Assembly (NCBI RefSeq): GCF_001194135.2
Contig: NC_068998.1
Coordinates: 1,893,923-1,957,922 of the forward strand
From: Octopus bimaculoides
Lineage: Eukaryota
DNA length: 64,000 bases
Direction of reading: 5' to 3'
The translations under genes and the position numbers were made by a program. Of the stretch, positions 60,591 to 64,000 are shown piece after piece (positions within the stretch are counted from its first letter, which is position 1; each line of letters starts with the position of its first letter). Under the pieces are notes generated by a model that saw nothing but the letters and a program-made list of their open reading frames with translations, ran no database searches and was not told the origin of the DNA.

Positions 60591-61759
60591 TATTAATAGA
60601 GACTAGATTCATGTGCACTAATAAAGCCTCAGCTACCAACTGACCTTTATCGACAGCTGTTCAATCAAATGTCTGTTATGGATTTCTCTGCCGCCAGTAA
60701 ACACTAACACTTTTTTTTTTTTTTTTTTTCATATTTCCAATATTTTGGTTCCATTAAATGGTGTAATCTGGAAATAGGTTTTGTCTGGCAATATTAGACA
60801 AATCCAATTTAGAGAAATCTGAAATTTGACTTTCGGCAGCTTCTGTTTTCGAATAGATAACAACTTTGTTGGTTCTGTCTTCACTTCATGAGTGATGAAG
60901 TGCAGAGCAGTTTGGCACAGTATGGTGCAGTGTGCATGGTGTGGTATACTTCAGTATGGGTTATAGTACAGTGAGGGTTTTTTTAAGATATGGAATGGTT
61001 AAATAGAGGCAGTGTTGTGTAGTGAAGAGTGAGTGAATGGGTGGTGAGGGATGGGGTGATGGAATACATCATGGTAGCATGTGATATGATGCAGGGTAGG
61101 GCAGGGGTGGTGTTGTATGGTTTAGCATAAAGTGATGTGGTGAGTGGAGCAGAGGGGGTAGCGCAATGCAAAATGATGTGGTGTAGGATAGAGATGGGAG
61201 GGGGCACGATATCAGATTGGGGGNNNNNNNNNNNNNNNNNNNNNNNNNNNNNNNNNNNNNNNNNNNNNNNNNNNNNNNNNNNNNNNNNNNNNNNNNNNNN
61301 NNNNNNNNNNNNNNNNNNNNNNNNNNNNNNNNNNNNNNNNNNNNNNNNNNNNNNNNNNNNNNNNNNNNNNNNNNNNNNNNNNNNNNNNNNNNNNNNNNNN
61401 NNNNNNNNNNNNNNNNNNNNNNNNNNNNNNNNNNNNNNNNNNNNNNNNNNNNNNNNNNNNNNNNNNNNNNNNNAAACTGACATCAGAGAAAAGTGATAAC
61501 AGATGTTGCGGAATATGTGATATAAAAATATGTAAGATGGCTTTACATAAGGACAAACAAGACTTCCCATTAGTTACAAGGTTAGGGGAAACTCTCTCTC
61601 TCTCTCTCTCTCTCTCTAATGTACTTGAAACATAAATGAAATGCTTTCAACAGAGATTAGAACCTGAATTCAGGAGTGCATTCCGTCCACAGAACACAAA
61701 CAAAACCAATGCTTCCATTGGTTTGACTGAGTCAAAACCTTTCCAAGTTAATCTTGTGT

Positions 61760-62095
61760 CTCTCGTTTCAATCATTAGACTGCGGCCATGCTGGGGCACT
61801 GCTTTGAAGAGATTCTAGTCGAATGATTTGACCCCAGCACTTTTTTTATCAGTATTTTTTGGTGAACCACTAAGTTACAGGGATGTAAACACACCAACAC
61901 TGATTGTCAAGCAGTGGTTGAGGACAAACACAAACACACACAACAGGCTTCTTTCAGTTTCCATCTACCACTCCTAAGGCTTTAGTTGGCCTAAGACTAT
62001 AATAGAAAACATTTACCCAAGGTGCCATGCAATGGGAATGAACCAGGAACCATGTGGTTGTGAAGCAAGCCTCTTACCACACAGCTACACCTGCA
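61760..62095 (-). mobile_element. CORE-SINE-like element, near full length
   Basis: Head ggtgtagctgtgtggtaagaggcttgc..ggttcctggttc..gcaccttggg and tail ccccagcatggccgcagtctaatgattgaaac on the minus strand. Confidence 0.7.
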
Positions 62096-63184
62096 CCGGT
62101 TTCTTACAGAAAAATGATAAATTAATTCTAAACTGTGGTTTGAAGTAGAAAATTGCTTCCCCAAGTAGATAATCACTCACCATGCAGCTCCAAGAGGCTA
62201 AAATTTCTGCTTCACTGGAGTTAGAAAGAATTTTCTTTTTTTTATATCTGATCAATATTGGCTCCTCTATGACAACCCTCAATATATTACCGCTACACAC
62301 TACCATCGTTACCTCCTCTATAACAAAACACCTGTGCTTGTCCCTCTGCCATGCTTTCCGCTTTCAATAATTGGCATAAAGCCTCCTCCTCCTCCTCTCT
62401 CAAGTACGCATGAACTCAGTTGAGGTGTTTTTTCTTTGTCGGGAGAGTTACTTTGCAACTTCATTAGTTCTGGCGTATGTGTTTGTCTGACCACCATTGT
62501 TTGACAATCGGTGTTTACATCTCTGTAACTTAGTGGTTCAGCAAAAGAGACCGATAAAATAAGTACTAGGCTTACAAAGAAGTCCTGGGATCGATTTGTT
62601 CAACTAAAGGCAGTGCTCCAGCACGGCCACAGTCAAATGACTGAAACAAGTAAAAGAATAAATGATCCGATAAGCTAATCCTGCCTTGGTTTTGTCTTCC
62701 TTTAATTTATACCCACCGACTCGGAAGCCTGCTACAGAACCCCAGCTCCAGCCTCCATTGTGAACTTGGATCCTAGCGGATTACCAATTACAGCACTTAT
62801 GCAATGTTTAGTCCGTCGGTGACAGAAACCATTCCTTTANNNNNNNNNNNNNNNNNNNNNNNNNNNNNNNNNNNNNNNNNNNNNNNNNNNNNNNNNNNNN
62901 NNNNNNNNNNNNNNNNNNNNNNNNNNNNNNNNNNNNNNNNNNNNNNNNNNNNNNNNNNNNNNNNNNNNNNNNNNNNNNNNNNNNNNNNNNNNNNNNNNNN
63001 NNNNNNNNNNNNNNNNNNNNNNNNNNNNNNNNNNNNNNNNNNNNNNNNNNNNNNNNNNNNNNNNNNNNNNNNNNNNNNNNNNNNNNNNNNNNNNNNNNNN
63101 NNNNNNNNNNNNNNNNNNNNNNNNNNNNNNNNNNNNNNNNNNNNNNNNNNNNNNNNNNNNNNNNNNNNNNNNNNNNNNNNNNNN

Positions 63185-63224
<40 letters not shown>

Positions 63225-63559
63225 CAGTCAATTTGAGGATATAATGTCGTCCTAGGGATTATAAAATACGCAGCTCAACAGGTGTTATCAATGACATATT
63301 GGGAGAATTCTCTCAATATATAAGTCTAATTTACATTTATTACTATAATAAAAAGGAGAAAAAATATTGTGTATATTTATTTTATTTGTATCACAATAAG
63401 AACATAGCAAACAGTTCAATACAAATAAAATTTAAGTAAAGAAACATTTCGATCTGGTGACCAGATTGCAACATGTGTAGGCACTTTTTATGCTTATTTT
63501 ATGTTAATTTATGTTTATTTAAATTTTATTTGTATTAAACTATCTGCTATGTTCATGTT

Positions 63560-64000
63560 GTGAAATATACTGTGCGCGAGAAGACCCGGCAAGCCAAGTG
63601 AGACCTAAATCTAAGGCCCAGCCAGCCCACTTATGCGTACCTTCCTTCCTTCATTGGACACTAAATTCCACTTGTGAAGACCTGTTGAGGCAAGTGAAAT
63701 CAAAGTCGAGTTAAATTAAAATTGGATACTAAACCCCACTGCGAAGACCTGTTGAGGCAAGTGAAATAGAAATAGATTGTTGCCAGCGCCCCCGGACTGG
63801 CTCATGTGCGGGCGACACATGATATCTTTGCGTGCGAGATCGTTGCCAGTGCCCATGGACTGTCTCTTGTGCGAGTGACACATGAGGTTTTTCGAGCGAG
63901 ATCGTTGCCGGTGCCCCTGGACTGGCTCGTGTGCGGGTGACACATGAAATTGTTCGAGCGGGATCGTTGCCAGTGCCCCTGGACTGGCTCATGTGCGGGC
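63560..64000 (+). mobile_element. Probable RTE-LINE 3' UTR variant with a 47-bp direct duplication and a ~62-bp tandem array (runs off the window)
   Basis: Starts aaatatactgtgcgcgagaagacccggcaagccaagtgag, similar to the post-ORF sequence at ~6340 and ~49050. Duplicates at 63654-63700 and 63722-63767; array units start at 63775, 63838, 63900 and 63962. Confidence 0.65.

Noticed and set aside
63654-64000. CRISPR-like array (repeated units)
   Set aside because: Units are contiguous with no unique spacers, there are no cas genes, and the context is a eukaryotic retroelement.

Overview
AT-rich, microsatellite- and SINE-dense animal genomic DNA with 13 N-gaps. The repeat families resemble those of an octopus/cephalopod genome (inference). 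Two convergent genes are present. (1) On +, the last three visible coding exons (TM2-TM7 and a >500-aa low-complexity C-tail) of an ADGRA-family (GPR123/124/125-like) adhesion GPCR at 571-4461; the stop codon is lost in a gap. (2) On -, an MGAT4A/B-type N-acetylglucosaminyltransferase IV spanning 58956 to 24456, with 11 coding exons located by splice sites and phase continuity; two internal coding segments are not visible and probably lie in N-gaps. The rest is intronic/intergenic: RTE-LINE fragments, mariner and Tc1-like transposase relics, a Penelope-like GIY-YIG relic with inverted arms, TTAA MITEs and several SINE families. A ~280-bp palindrome in MGAT4 intron 1 carries a hammerhead-ribozyme-like core in each arm. 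No prokaryotic-type system (CRISPR etc.) is present. Repeat boundaries are approximate.
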